From NCBI GenBank assembly GCA_003485325.1, contig DMZI01000070.1:1-60024 (forward strand): 60,024 nucleotides of DNA. Reading direction: 5' to 3'. Each line of letters begins with the position of its first letter. Position 1 is the first letter of the stretch. The notes under the pieces were generated by a model. That model saw only the letters and a program-made list of their open reading frames with translations, made no database searches and was not told the DNA's origin. Made by a program: the position numbers and the translations under genes. Below, piece by piece: positions 1-10,261 of this stretch. The DNA is from Desulfotomaculum sp. (GTDB lineage: Bacteria > Bacillota > Desulfotomaculia > Desulfotomaculales > Nap2-2B).

Positions 1-182
1 AACTCGTTCACCCTCGGGCTCGGTAAAACTCGGCGCCATGCGCCTCAAACAGTTACCTCGCTTTACCTCGGGTTCACTCGTTCTTCGAATGAAGGCTCAA
101 AATCGCACTTAAGGCATTGCCCTCCCTTTGCTGATGAATTTTCATCCTCCTGCTGGTGTCACTTTAGCGGCATGGATGTCTC
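1..182 (+). mobile_element. Structured repeat element copy E1 (5'-truncated by window start)
   Basis: Positions 1-181 are identical to 59836-60016 (E6); ends ...ttttcatcc-hairpin-catggatgt-ctc. Confidence 0.9.
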
Positions 183-873
183 TCCAGGCGGGAGGCCAGG
201 TTCACCTCTTCGCCGATTACCGTATAGTCCATCCTCTCCGGGCTGCCGATGTTTCCCACAACTACAACCATAACCAGAGGGGCAACAGCGTTAACCCAGT
301 AATGCAGTTTAAGCCAGACAAGAAACACAGCAGCCAGCAGCAGACCGGCCAACAAAACAACAGACGACAGTCCGGTCCAGGGGCTTCGCCTTGAGAAGAC
401 CACGGTCGCCAGCCAGACAACTATTAACACAAAAACGTATACCGGCCAGCCGGCCCTGTGGAAATACTGACCTGTCAAGTAAGTCATAACGGCGTTGGCA
501 TGTATTTCCACCCCGGGTGAAGGCAGGGCCGCTGTAAGGACGAGGTTGCTTTTGGTAAACGGGTTCTCGAAATAGTCATTTTTCTCGGCTGGAGTATCAA
601 TACCGGCGAGGATTATTTATCCTTAAAGGATTCCGGCTTTATCTTTCCATTTAAAACGTCTATGCAGCTATATGTCTCAAAAGTCTTTGCCGGACCCCAA
701 AAATTAATTAGAGTCTGGTAATCGCTGTCCAGAGGAACCGAATAACCGTTACAAACAGGCCAAGGATTCCGGAAATAATATACTTTCTTGCCCGATTCCC
801 CAAATTTCGTAAAGGAACCACCACACAAGTCAGAAAGTTGAACCCGCAATATGGCATTATTAATCCTCTGCAA
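183..873 (-). pseudogene. Degraded CHASE2-domain adenylate/guanylate cyclase
   Basis: CHASE2-like INFWGP..FKDK / IILAG..PGVEIHANAV split by a frameshift near 614; three TM helices fused directly to the cyclase C-terminal motif GNIGSPERMDYTVIGEEVNLASRLE, then cut by element E1. Confidence 0.75.
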
Positions 874-977
874 AAATTGGTCCTTTCCTGTCTGTCCAGG
901 GAAAATTTGAAGAAAAATGAAGGATTTTTATTTTTTTAGTTTTTTTATGTAGAAAAAAATACCCGGGGATTACAGAA

Positions 978-1328
978 ATGAATTTGTTTGAGTGACTTTT
1001 AATAGGTCACCTGGTTGGCGATTTCCTGCTGCAAACCAGCTGGATGGCTGAAAAAAAGGAAAACGAGTTTTGGCCGCTGGTTGCCCACAGTTTGGTTTAT
1101 ACGGCTTCCGTTTCATTGTTGGCCCTGCCGGGCGGAGGGCTTTCTTTTCCAGCCATTTTCCTGATTTTTTTAACTCACCTGCTGCTTGATAAACGTTCGT
1201 TTGTAAATTTTTGGGCTTGCCAGGTTACAAAATCAAACAACAACCTGTGGCTCAAGATAATTATCGACCAATCATGGCATGTCATCGTCTTAGCGATTGC
1301 CACACTAATTCCATCCTCTTTGATTTAA
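978..1328 (+). pseudogene. DUF3307-like membrane protein with in-frame TGA at codon 6
   Basis: ATG978 reads MNLFE*LLIGHLVGDFLLQTSWMAEKK; motifs HLVGDFLLQ, LVAHSLVY, THLLLD, DQSWH. Confidence 0.7.
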
Positions 1329-3148
1329 GCCTTGTTTTCTTCCTCCCCGGCCTGTTTCATCAGGGCGGCGAACTCTTCGGCTTCCAGCGTCTCTTTCTCC
1401 ATTAAAGTATTGGCTGTCAAATGCAGGACATTGATATGCTTTTTCATAATTTCCTTGGCCCGGTTATAATTCATTTCCACAACCCTGTGCACTTCCTTGT
1501 CGATTGCCGCCGCAACTTCTTCTCCGTAGTTGCGGTCCCGCGCCAGGTCACGGCCCAAGAAAATTGTTTCCTGCTTGCGTCCCAGGGTCAAAGGGCCAAG
1601 ATTCTCGCTCATCCCATATTCCATGATCATTCGCCGGACAATCTCGGTGGAACGCTCCAAATCGTTCTGGGCGCCTGTGCTGATCTCCCCCAGGACAAGA
1701 TCTTCGGCGACCCTGCCGGCAAGAAGCATAGTCACCTGATCAAGCAGCATGGATTTTGTCATATAATAACGGTCTTCCTTGGGCAGAAGCAGCGTATAAC
1801 CTCCTGCGCGGCCCCTTGGAATGATCGACACCTTATGAACCGGATCAGTATTCGGCAGCAGGTACCCGACTACGGCATGCCCGGCCTCGTGATAGGAGAC
1901 AAGCTTTTTTTCCTTCTCGCTGATGACCTTGGACTTTTTCTCGGGACCTGCAATCACTCGCTCAATTGAGCTTTCCAACTCCCTCATGCCGATGTCTTTT
2001 TTGCCGAAACGGGCAGCCAGTAAAGCAGCTTCGTTGACCAGGTTGGCCAAATCCGCTCCTGTAAACCCGGGTGTGCGCCTGGCCAGAATATCCAGGTCCA
2101 CATCATCACTCAAAGGTTTGTCCTTAACATGAACTTTTAAAATTTCTTTACGGCCGGTAATGTCCGGAATGTCTACGGTTACCTCCCGGTCAAACCTTCC
2201 GGGACGCAGCAGCGCCGGATCCAGGATATCAGGCCTGTTGGTAGCTGCAATAACAATGATCCCCTCATTGGGGCTGAAACCGTCCATTTCCACAAGAAGC
2301 TGGTTCAGGGTCTGCTCCCTCTCGTCGTGACCTCCGCCCAAACCTGCCCCTCTCTGACGGCCGACCGCGTCGATTTCATCAATAAAGACGATACAGGGAG
2401 CATTCTTTTTGGCCTGGTCGAACAGATCCCGGACCCGAGAGGCTCCGACACCGACAAACATCTCCACAAAATCGGAACCGCTGATGCTGAAAAAGGGAAC
2501 CCCTGCTTCCCCGGCAACAGCTTTGGCAAGGAGGGTTTTTCCTGTTCCCGGGGCGCCGAAGAGCAGCACCCCCCTGGGGATACGCGCTCCGAGCTCGGTA
2601 AATTTTTTAGGGCTTTTCAGAAATTCAACCAGTTCGACGAGTTCTTCTTTTACCTCATCAGCGCCGGCAACATCTGCAAAAGTAACTTTTTTTCTTTCAT
2701 CAGTATGCAGCTTAGCCCTGCTTTTCCCAAACGACATTACCCTGTTTCCGCCGCCCTGTGTCTGCTGCATCATAAAAAAGAAAAGAAGAACAAAAATAAG
2801 AATCGGCACAACACCTGTCAGGATATTTGTCCATAAACCCGGCGGAGGCGGCTCTTCTATGGTATACTTAACCTTTTTATCCAGAAGCAGTGTGATAAGA
2901 TCGGCATCGTTCTTTAAGCCTGTCACTTTAAACTTTGTGCCGTCTTTTTTCGTACCGGTGATCATGTTGGTCGTATCCCTGGCCTGGATAGTTACCTCCT
3001 GAACCTGCCCTTGTTTTACAGAATCAAGAAATTGATCATAACGCCAGCGCTGTATGTCAACGTTTTGAGGTTGCGCATATTTGAGCAAGGCTATGATTAC
3101 TAACAAGATTAGCAAATAAATACTAAGGTTCTTAAGAACCCTGTTCAA
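1325..3148 (-). CDS. ftsH: ATP-dependent zinc metalloprotease FtsH
   Basis: Two TM segments, [21 protein letters not shown]; TTG3148 follows AGGAG (ORF track starts at 3157). Confidence 0.97.
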   Translation of the reverse strand: MNRVLKNLSIYLLILLVIIALLKYAQPQNVDIQRWRYDQFLDSVKQGQVQEVTIQARDTTNMITGTKKDGTKFKVTGLKNDADLITLLLDKKVKYTIEEPPPPGLWTNILTGVVPILIFVLLFFFMMQQTQGGGNRVMSFGKSRAKLHTDERKKVTFADVAGADEVKEELVELVEFLKSPKKFTELGARIPRGVLLFGAPGTGKTLLAKAVAGEAGVPFFSISGSDFVEMFVGVGASRVRDLFDQAKKNAPCIVFIDEIDAVGRQRGAGLGGGHDEREQTLNQLLVEMDGFSPNEGIIVIAATNRPDILDPALLRPGRFDREVTVDIPDITGRKEILKVHVKDKPLSDDVDLDILARRTPGFTGADLANLVNEAALLAARFGKKDIGMRELESSIERVIAGPEKKSKVISEKEKKLVSYHEAGHAVVGYLLPNTDPVHKVSIIPRGRAGGYTLLLPKEDRYYMTKSMLLDQVTMLLAGRVAEDLVLGEISTGAQNDLERSTEIVRRMIMEYGMSENLGPLTLGRKQETIFLGRDLARDRNYGEEVAAAIDKEVHRVVEMNYNRAKEIMKKHINVLHLTANTLMEKETLEAEEFAALMKQAGEEENKA

Positions 3149-3248
3149 AAAAGCCACTCCTTCTTGTTTTTATAAATTCCGGTTAAAATCTGTTTAGAAA
3201 AAACTCCCGTCTAGTAAGAATTGTAACACATCCCGCACTTTGTTTCAA

Positions 3249-4670
3249 TTATGCCGTTGTGGCGGAGCTTCCCGGAATCTGAAGATAAAGACAGTTCACG
3301 GTCCCGCCGGTTACTTTCCAATCCTGGGATAAACGCAGGCCGCCGACCCAGACGATATCGTCGCCGCTGACCACCAGTGGAATCCTGTCCCGTTTATAAC
3401 GGGCGATCTTGCTGTCAATAAAAAACTTTTTAAGTTTCAGCGTCCCGCCCAGCCCTAAAGGAGAAAAAACATCCCCTTCCAAACGCCTCCGCACATAGAG
3501 CGGGTATTTAATAAGATCATAGTCAAGCAGGGCCTCATTTGGGGACATTTCGGCAAACGACGGGGCATCCTTCAAGCCGATCAATTCCGCTTGAATACAA
3601 AGATCTATTTCGGGAATATAAGTCACCCCGGGTACAATTAAGGGGTGCTTGTAAGGGAGTACGGGAACCGGTTCCGCTTCCCGGAAAAACTGCAGGACAC
3701 TGTTGGTCTTCAGCGCACGGATTCCCCTTGGAAGGATCATAACCCGCCCGCCTGCTTTTTTATGTAATAATTCCATCAGCTTTTCAACATGGTGGTAAGA
3801 AAGTTCCTTTGTCTCCCCGGTTACTTCACCCCAGGCCAGACGTAATACGCGCCGGCATAGCGGGGCAGATAAGGAACGCAGCATATTATTATCTAAAGCA
3901 ACCGTGCCGTTTTTCTCATTCACTCTTATATTTTTCAGGTTGATCAGGGCCAGTTCCTCAAGATAAGAATCCTCTTCGCTGCAAAGATTGCCCAGCTGCA
4001 CCAGCGCATTGATAATTTGAGGGTTATATTCACGTTCCAGCAAAGGAAGCAAATTCAAGCGGATACGATTCCGTGTATAAACCGGTTTCAGGTTTGAGCT
4101 ATCCTGCCTGACAGGCAAATGATGCTGCAGGCAATATTCTTCTATTTCCTTGCGGCGTATTTCCAGGAGCGGACGAATGAACAGGCCGCGCGCATAAGAA
4201 ATGCCTTTTAGCCCGCTTATGCCGGCGCCGCGCAGAAGATTGAGAAGGATTGTTTCCGCCTGATCGTCCGCATGATGCCCCAGGGCCACCCTGCCGGCGC
4301 CCAACTTGCCGGCAAGTTGTTCAAAGAAAGAAAAACGGATTTCCCTGCATGCTTCTTGAAGGGACAAACCCGAGTTTTTATGGTAGCTTTTCGCATCAGC
4401 TTCTTCGATATAACAGGGCACCTCCAGTTTTTCGGAAAACTCCCTGACCGAACGGGCATCCTCTTTTGCTTCCTCGCCCCGGAGCTGATGATTCAGGTGG
4501 GCAACAATCGGGATTATCCGCAAGTCGTCCTTTAGGGTCCACAAAATGTGCAGCAGGGCAATCGAATCCGGTCCCCCGGAAACGCCGATCAAAACCTTGT
4601 CCCCAGGTTTTAACATTCCCAATTTCCCGATCAGCAATCTAACCTGTTTAACCAAGTCAACGCTAGCCAA
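3249..4670 (-). CDS. tilS: tRNA(Ile)-lysidine synthase
   Basis: SGGPDS PP-loop, HHADDQAET, RNRIR; position upstream of ftsH. Confidence 0.96.
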   Translation of the reverse strand: MASVDLVKQVRLLIGKLGMLKPGDKVLIGVSGGPDSIALLHILWTLKDDLRIIPIVAHLNHQLRGEEAKEDARSVREFSEKLEVPCYIEEADAKSYHKNSGLSLQEACREIRFSFFEQLAGKLGAGRVALGHHADDQAETILLNLLRGAGISGLKGISYARGLFIRPLLEIRRKEIEEYCLQHHLPVRQDSSNLKPVYTRNRIRLNLLPLLEREYNPQIINALVQLGNLCSEEDSYLEELALINLKNIRVNEKNGTVALDNNMLRSLSAPLCRRVLRLAWGEVTGETKELSYHHVEKLMELLHKKAGGRVMILPRGIRALKTNSVLQFFREAEPVPVLPYKHPLIVPGVTYIPEIDLCIQAELIGLKDAPSFAEMSPNEALLDYDLIKYPLYVRRRLEGDVFSPLGLGGTLKLKKFFIDSKIARYKRDRIPLVVSGDDIVWVGGLRLSQDWKVTGGTVNCLYLQIPGSSATTA

Positions 4671-4700
4671 AAAATCGACACCTTAAAACAAAATTTTATA

Positions 4701-7280
4701 CTATATATTTCCACACTGATACATTTTTCCCTCCATTTTTTTATCAAAGCTTCTTTTTTCAAAATATACCGTCAGTATAGTTATATCGTCAGGAATCCTG
4801 TCCGTCCCTCCAACACTGGTGACAGCTAAATTCAGGAGAAGATCCGCAAGATCCTGGGGTTCAATCTCGCCCGTGCCCTGAATTACATCCCTGAGCCAAT
4901 TTTCCTTTCCCTGCGGCCCGCTGTATATATCCAGCATCCCATCGCTTACCATAACCACAAGATCACCCGGGGCAAGCCTTCTTGAAACAGTTGCAACTTC
5001 AATATCTTTTATAATTCCCACCGGAAGTGAATTAGCCCTGACCGAATTAACTCTTTTACCCTGCTTCAAGAAACTCGGCGGGGCGCCAATTTTTGTAAAT
5101 TCGGCCTGACCGGTATATAAATTGAGGGTTATTAAATCAACCGTAGCGAAACTGTCCCCAGGGAACCTTAACATCATCAGGGAATTTACAGTTTTAACAG
5201 CCAGTTCCCGGCTTAATCCCGATTCCAAAAGATTCTTCAAAAGAGCCAGGGCAGTACCGCTCTCCCGAGCCGCGCTCTCTCCGGTACCCATCCCGTCGCT
5301 CAACATGAAGGCAAACTCTCCCCCTTTTAAGTGAACAAAAGCGTGACTGTCACCGCAGACAGCGTTTCCTCCCTTGCCTATTTTGGCAACGCCCACTTTG
5401 ACCTGGTACTTAAGCCCGGGGTATAACCTTAAAAAGCAAAGGCCCTCCCCCAGGGGGCCCGCGCAGTTAACCGACGGCGCCGATAAAGGTCCTTTAAAGA
5501 ATTGGGAAAGGACCGGGATTAACCTTGCGGAGCAATCAAGGCAATCTGAGCAGGGCAGCCTGCTTATACCCACCTCAATACCATAATCATCATTAAGGGA
5601 CATTTTAACGTCGGTAACGGGGATGCCTGAATGCTTCAGCTTGTCCTTCAGATAAACTTCCCTGCCGGCGAACTCCTGAACCTCCAACTGCAGTTCGGAA
5701 GACAGATCTTCAACTATTTCCGACATGCCTTTGAGCTGCTCGGAAAAGATTTCCTTGCTTTCCAAAATACGCTTGGTCCAGTAGAGGTTTAATTTATAAG
5801 TTTCATACAGACATGCTATTGTTATGGCCAGTTCTCTAGCCCTCGTACAGCGCCTTTTTAAAAACTCCGGCAAATCTGAAACCGTTATCTGGCCGTACAG
5901 CTCAACCTGGGCAAAAGCATCCAACAGGCTCTGATAGGTAAGGTAAAATTCCCGCTCCCAGCAGATTTGGTATACGCCGCAGCCGTTGCATACCTTTTGA
6001 CCTATTTCCCTGAAAAGAGCCTGAAGCGCAGGCTCGCGGCGTTCTTCCGGGGCGGCCACGCAAGTTTGCGCATACCCCAGAGAAAGATCTTTGAAAACAC
6101 ACGACCATTTATTAAGACGGTTTCTGACCAGTCCCTGCAATCTGCTGCCGGTTGTAACCGGAGCGATATTTCCGGATATAAGCAGGGAAAAAGATTCCGA
6201 AAACTTTTCAATTTGCCGGATTGGAAACAGGAAAAATAAAATAATAGCCAAACAGCTTTCGATAACTATGGCGATCAGATTCCCGAAGTTCTTAATGTAA
6301 ATAAGTAAAATTAGATTACCAACTAAAAAACCTGCCGCAACTCCCTGTTTTCCCAGGCCCCGGCAGAACCCTGCCACAAAACCTGCAAAAGAGTATACTC
6401 CCGTTAAAATAGGAACAGCCACGTAAGCCAAACCAGGGATAATTCCCATCAGGGCGCCGGCAATGGCGCCCTGACCCATACCCCCGCCACAGGCAAGGAT
6501 AAGGATAATGAAACGGCTCAGCAAGCCCTGAAGGGAAACCCCCCTGAATTCAAGCCCGCTTGTACCTGCCAAGACACCTGCCAAAAGGATCAAAACAGAT
6601 AATAATTCTTCGACTTCCAGGCCTTGCGAACTGCTTATCCTGGAAAGAGAAGGGAGGGCTTTCAGAAAAATTAAAGTAAATATGCCGGCGAAAACCGCTT
6701 CAAAAGTAATACTGATATAATCATAAGGAGAGGAATCAACAAAGGCGAGGAAGCCAATTTTAAGAATCAGGCTGAGCGCAAAAACTATGGCGGGTATCAC
6801 AATTAATGGCTTTTTAATATTATCCTGCGGATAGGTAAGGAATATCCAGATAAGCATTACTGTCGCGCAGTCTATCATCAGGGGAAATCCCTTAACAGCT
6901 GTTGCCAGCCCCAGCGCCAACCCGATGGCAGCAAATAATGATGAAGCAGGCATAACAAAGGTAACAGCTCCGGCAAAAGCAGCAGCGAAAGGGACAAGTT
7001 CCCCAAATAAAAATGATCTGCCCAAAAAAAAGCCTGCCGCAAGGAAAAAAAACTGTTTTCCGGAAATAGAAGTTCCAAGTTTGATGAGCAGGTTTTTTTT
7101 CTTGCTTTCTTTCTCCTGCTGATCCTTGGCGATCTTTTCTGCAGGATCTTTTACAGGTAATGACTTTATCCGGGCAATACCGGCAGTATGCTTGACAGGC
7201 TTTTTCTTTCTAATCCCCTGTTTCTTTTTTAACCGGCGAAAGGGATAAACTTCAGATTTATTTAACACCTTAAGCCCCAC
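4701..7280 (-). CDS. spoIIE: Stage II sporulation protein E (PP2C phosphatase)
   Basis: About 10 TM segments, C-x2-C-x4-CW motif, SDGMG, SDGM, DDITI; synteny. Confidence 0.95.
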   Translation of the reverse strand: MGLKVLNKSEVYPFRRLKKKQGIRKKKPVKHTAGIARIKSLPVKDPAEKIAKDQQEKESKKKNLLIKLGTSISGKQFFFLAAGFFLGRSFLFGELVPFAAAFAGAVTFVMPASSLFAAIGLALGLATAVKGFPLMIDCATVMLIWIFLTYPQDNIKKPLIVIPAIVFALSLILKIGFLAFVDSSPYDYISITFEAVFAGIFTLIFLKALPSLSRISSSQGLEVEELLSVLILLAGVLAGTSGLEFRGVSLQGLLSRFIILILACGGGMGQGAIAGALMGIIPGLAYVAVPILTGVYSFAGFVAGFCRGLGKQGVAAGFLVGNLILLIYIKNFGNLIAIVIESCLAIILFFLFPIRQIEKFSESFSLLISGNIAPVTTGSRLQGLVRNRLNKWSCVFKDLSLGYAQTCVAAPEERREPALQALFREIGQKVCNGCGVYQICWEREFYLTYQSLLDAFAQVELYGQITVSDLPEFLKRRCTRARELAITIACLYETYKLNLYWTKRILESKEIFSEQLKGMSEIVEDLSSELQLEVQEFAGREVYLKDKLKHSGIPVTDVKMSLNDDYGIEVGISRLPCSDCLDCSARLIPVLSQFFKGPLSAPSVNCAGPLGEGLCFLRLYPGLKYQVKVGVAKIGKGGNAVCGDSHAFVHLKGGEFAFMLSDGMGTGESAARESGTALALLKNLLESGLSRELAVKTVNSLMMLRFPGDSFATVDLITLNLYTGQAEFTKIGAPPSFLKQGKRVNSVRANSLPVGIIKDIEVATVSRRLAPGDLVVMVSDGMLDIYSGPQGKENWLRDVIQGTGEIEPQDLADLLLNLAVTSVGGTDRIPDDITILTVYFEKRSFDKKMEGKMYQCGNI

Positions 7281-7322
7281 CTCTTATACATTCAATTAAG
7301 GGTTGGCATCCCTTAACTTTAA

Positions 7323-7387
7323 ATTATAGTATAAGCGGCAGGCATTTATTGTCATTACTGGTAACATGCGTTATTTTTTTATCGACA
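7323..7387 (-). promoter_or_regulatory. spoIIE promoter (sigmaA, 21-bp spacer) with Spo0A-box-like site
   Basis: ATGACA(7355-7350)-21 bp-TATAAT(7328-7323); TGTCGAT at 7387-7381 is one mismatch from the 0A box TGNCGAA. Confidence 0.55.
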
Positions 7388-7389
7388 AT

Positions 7390-8280
7390 TTACAACCCGC
7401 TGTCTGACTCCCGAATTGCAAGGCCATACATAAGATCTGCTTCACTAACTTTCAGCCGGGGCAACTCCAAATACAAAAGGATCTGTTTAACAATCCGTAC
7501 TCCTGCTATTATTATATCCGCCCTTTCCGGCTGAAGTCCGGGCAAACAGCGGCGTTTTTCAAGTGGAAGGGCAGTTAATAAGGAAAGCGTTTTTTCGACC
7601 TGTCCCGCCGACAAGTCGAAACCGTGGACCAATTCAGGATTATAAACTCGAAGGGAAAGGGATATGGCCGCAATGGTGGTTACAGTCCCGCCGACCCCGA
7701 TAAGATCTACAGGGGAAATTTTTCGAATTTCTTGAAGAGGAGAAACCAGCAGGGAAAGAATTTCCGCATCAGTAAAATTACCTTCTGTGGCGCGTACTAC
7801 GCCTACCTCCACACTCCGGCAGGACAACCCGCCCGGTGTTTTCCAGGTAAACTCGGTACTTCCGCCACCAAGGTCCATAACAACCGCGTTTTGACTGTCG
7901 AAACCTGTATGCAGCCCGCTAAGCGCTCCCTGGTAACTTAAGAGAGCTTCCTCGGCGCCGGAAAGCACTTTGACTTCAAGGCCCGTCCTTTTGAAAACAG
8001 TTCTGAGGAAATCTTCACGGTTAACTGCATTCCGGACTGCGCTTGTTGCTGCAATAACAACCTTTTCAACCTGCCAGCCAGGAGTCCTTTTTAAATAATC
8101 ATCAATTACGGTTACAGTATTGCCGATTGCCGAGGGCATAAGTTTGGCGGTTCCAATTCCCTTGCCCAATCTGGTAGTAACCAGATCAGTATGCAGGGGC
8201 TTTACTTCTTTTTGACGATTAACTTCTGCAATAAGCAGGCGGGTTGAGTTCGTACCGACATCAATTACTGCGACTCTCAT
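7390..8280 (-). CDS. ppx: Ppx/GppA family phosphatase
   Basis: IDVGTNSTRL, ATSAVR, DLGGGSTE, ERADII. Confidence 0.9.
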   Translation of the reverse strand: MRVAVIDVGTNSTRLLIAEVNRQKEVKPLHTDLVTTRLGKGIGTAKLMPSAIGNTVTVIDDYLKRTPGWQVEKVVIAATSAVRNAVNREDFLRTVFKRTGLEVKVLSGAEEALLSYQGALSGLHTGFDSQNAVVMDLGGGSTEFTWKTPGGLSCRSVEVGVVRATEGNFTDAEILSLLVSPLQEIRKISPVDLIGVGGTVTTIAAISLSLRVYNPELVHGFDLSAGQVEKTLSLLTALPLEKRRCLPGLQPERADIIIAGVRIVKQILLYLELPRLKVSEADLMYGLAIRESDSGL

Positions 8281-8336
8281 AAATCTTCCTTACAATTAAT
8301 ATTAAAGGGGCATCCGAGAATGCCCCTGGTTTTGCT

Positions 8337-8732
8337 CTATTCTTCACGCCTTGCCGAACCCCGGCCTCCACGCTTAGCTTCCGTACTGCGCCGGAGGTGA
8401 GTCTGCTTTTCATCACTTTCTTTAAGAAATTTATTTAATTTTTCTTCAAAAGAAGCAGCCAGCCTGCCTTTTTGGTAACCACTTTCTCCAGCAGCCATAA
8501 CTTCAACCTGTTTGATGGACAGGCCAATTTTACCCCGGGGATCGATTGAAATTACTTTAACTATTACACGATCATTCTCTTTTAAAAAATCATTAATATC
8601 CCTTACATAAATTCTAGCAACTTCCGATATATGAACTAAACCTGTTTCGCCATCCGGGAGTTGGATAAAAGCACCAAAATTAGTAATTCCCTTGACGATC
8701 CCTTCCATGACACTCCCTAATTTAGCCGGCAT
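8337..8732 (-). CDS. S1 RNA-binding protein (YabR-like)
   Basis: GITNFGAF, GLVHISEV, SFEEKLNKFLKES. Confidence 0.9.
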   Translation of the reverse strand: MPAKLGSVMEGIVKGITNFGAFIQLPDGETGLVHISEVARIYVRDINDFLKENDRVIVKVISIDPRGKIGLSIKQVEVMAAGESGYQKGRLAASFEEKLNKFLKESDEKQTHLRRSTEAKRGGRGSARREE

Positions 8733-8778
8733 AACCCTTTTTAGATATCCTCCTTGAAGCCAGAAAAGACCTATGTAA

Positions 8779-8808
8779 ATTATATGCAGGAGAATAAAAA
8801 GGTGTCAA
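8779..8808 (-). promoter_or_regulatory. sigmaA promoter of the S1-domain gene
   Basis: TTGACA-18 bp-TATAAT. Confidence 0.65.
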
Positions 8809-8818
8809 GAGATCATCT

Positions 8819-9181
8819 TTATTGTTTTTTATCTGATTGTGTGGTTATGATCCGTGATTCGCCGGACTTAACCAGCCCTAATTTCTCCCTTGCCATCTGC
8901 TCAATATACTGATCTGACTGAACAAGTTTTAACTGCTCGCGCATTTGGAGATTCTTCCCCTGAAGCTCGACCACCTTTTTTTGGACTTCCTTCATTTCGT
9001 GCTGCATCGCATAGAGTTTTTTAAACTGCAGTGTAAAAGAAGCAACAAGGTAAATCAGCAGGATAACAAGTATTAAAGATGAAAGTCTGCTGATTGAAAA
9101 ACGAAAAGTTTTTTTGCGTTTAGGAAGGATTATACGGGAGCTGATTTTTCCTCTTTTCTGCCGGCGGGCGGGCGAGATCAA
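8819..9181 (-). CDS. divIC: Septum formation initiator DivIC/FtsB
   Basis: Basic N-terminus, one TM, coiled coil, YIEQMAREKLGLVKSGE. Confidence 0.9.
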   Translation of the reverse strand: MISPARRQKRGKISSRIILPKRKKTFRFSISRLSSLILVILLIYLVASFTLQFKKLYAMQHEMKEVQKKVVELQGKNLQMREQLKLVQSDQYIEQMAREKLGLVKSGESRIITTQSDKKQ

Positions 9182-9411
9182 GATTCCCTTTCCTCCTCCT
9201 CATCTACACCAAAAATCCCCAAGTTCCCGCGGACTACTATAACTACCTCATATCCTTTATTGCGGGCACGGTTGAATAATGTTGCCACTGTGCTGCTGCT
9301 CAAGTGAAGTTTTTGAGCAACCTGCTCATTGGAATGTCCCATTTCCTTCAGCACAATCACCTGGCGCTCGCGAAAACTTAGTTTCTCAACGCCTCGAATT
9401 TCTATTTGCAA
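9178..9411 (-). CDS. Small sigma70 region-4/LuxR-type HTH protein
   Basis: LSFRERQVIVLKEMGHSNEQVAQKLHLSSSTVATLFNRAR; 4-bp overlap with divIC. Confidence 0.8.
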   Translation of the reverse strand: MQIEIRGVEKLSFRERQVIVLKEMGHSNEQVAQKLHLSSSTVATLFNRARNKGYEVVIVVRGNLGIFGVDEEEERES

Positions 9412-9497
9412 AGGATATTACCCCGGTTTGTCCACAATTCTTGTACAACTTGTGGACATTTTAATATTATTATTCTTTATTTTATAAAAAAATCCTT

Positions 9498-9869
9498 CTA
9501 TACTAAGAAAAAAATCTTGCCAATCTTTTTGAACGTTTTAACAAAAAACCGGATGCCAGAAACAGACAATGTAAAAATTCTGTAAAATAACAAATAAAAA
9601 AAACGGCTTAAAAGTTTTGAATAAAACAAAACACCAAGGACCAATCCTAAAATAACATAAAAACGGACTTCACCCTGGTTTGCCAGAAGAAGAAGAATAA
9701 GAGCCGCTGCGGTAAACAACAACCAAAAAAGGAGATCGCCTATAAAAACAGCCCTCCTTTTAATATATAAAACCCTGCCGCAGGCCCTGTAAAAATCGTA
9801 TAGCAGCCCACCCAGGAACCCAATTCCAATTATGCAGGCGAATGTAAACAAACTTTCACCCAGGGCCAT
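9498..9869 (-). CDS. yabQ: Spore cortex biosynthesis protein YabQ
   Basis: GLLYDFYR, DLLFW, NQGEVRFY; follows yabP. Confidence 0.88.
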   Translation of the reverse strand: MALGESLFTFACIIGIGFLGGLLYDFYRACGRVLYIKRRAVFIGDLLFWLLFTAAALILLLLANQGEVRFYVILGLVLGVLFYSKLLSRFFYLLFYRIFTLSVSGIRFFVKTFKKIGKIFFLV

Positions 9870-9882
9870 TTAATTACCACCA

Positions 9883-10167
9883 TCACTTGCTGAAACGGCC
9901 GAATACCTTATTCTTTCCCCGTAACCTCTGAATAGTTTTAGAATTTTCCTTGAACTGGATTACTGCAAAAAACCCCTGTGCGGTGAGTGTGCCCTTTTCC
10001 AGATCAAGCTGGGTTATGCTTAAGCCTTCCCCTTTGAGAGATAAAATGCCCATATTGGTATCCAGCATTATTTCATCATCGTTGAACTTTTCTACATGCT
10101 TAACACCTGCAAGCGCCAGATTCTTCCGGTCTGTAAGCGTCACCTTATTACCGGCCTGTTCCTCCAT
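9883..10167 (-). CDS. yabP: Sporulation protein YabP
   Basis: DRKNLALAGVKHVEKFNDDEIMLDTNMGILSLKGEGL. Confidence 0.9.
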   Translation of the reverse strand: MEEQAGNKVTLTDRKNLALAGVKHVEKFNDDEIMLDTNMGILSLKGEGLSITQLDLEKGTLTAQGFFAVIQFKENSKTIQRLRGKNKVFGRFSK

Positions 10168-10196
10168 TCAAACCTTCTCCTTACCGAAATTTATAT

Positions 10197-10227
10197 ATTC
10201 TTATGCCTTAGAGAAGGAGGAATATGC
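10197..10227 (-). promoter_or_regulatory. sigmaE-type promoter of yabPQ
   Basis: GCATATT-15 bp-CATAAGAAT matches the B. subtilis sigmaE consensus. Confidence 0.6.
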
Positions 10228-10229
10228 GC

Positions 10230-10261
10230 AAAAAAAAGTGGCCTTTAAGGGCCACTTTTTT
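10230..10261 (-). terminator. Intrinsic terminator (bidirectional shape)
   Basis: aaaaaaaagtggcc-tttaag-ggccactttttt. Confidence 0.75.

Noticed and set aside
128-394. ORFs starting in or crossing the elements (128-394, 22308-22541, 47672-47863, 58704-58901, htrA extension to 43072)
   Set aside because: Not conserved in frame or length among copies and overlapping real genes; no transposase motifs
1421-3002. Long antisense ORFs opposite ftsH and other core genes
   Set aside because: Shadow frames of well-supported genes with no protein motifs
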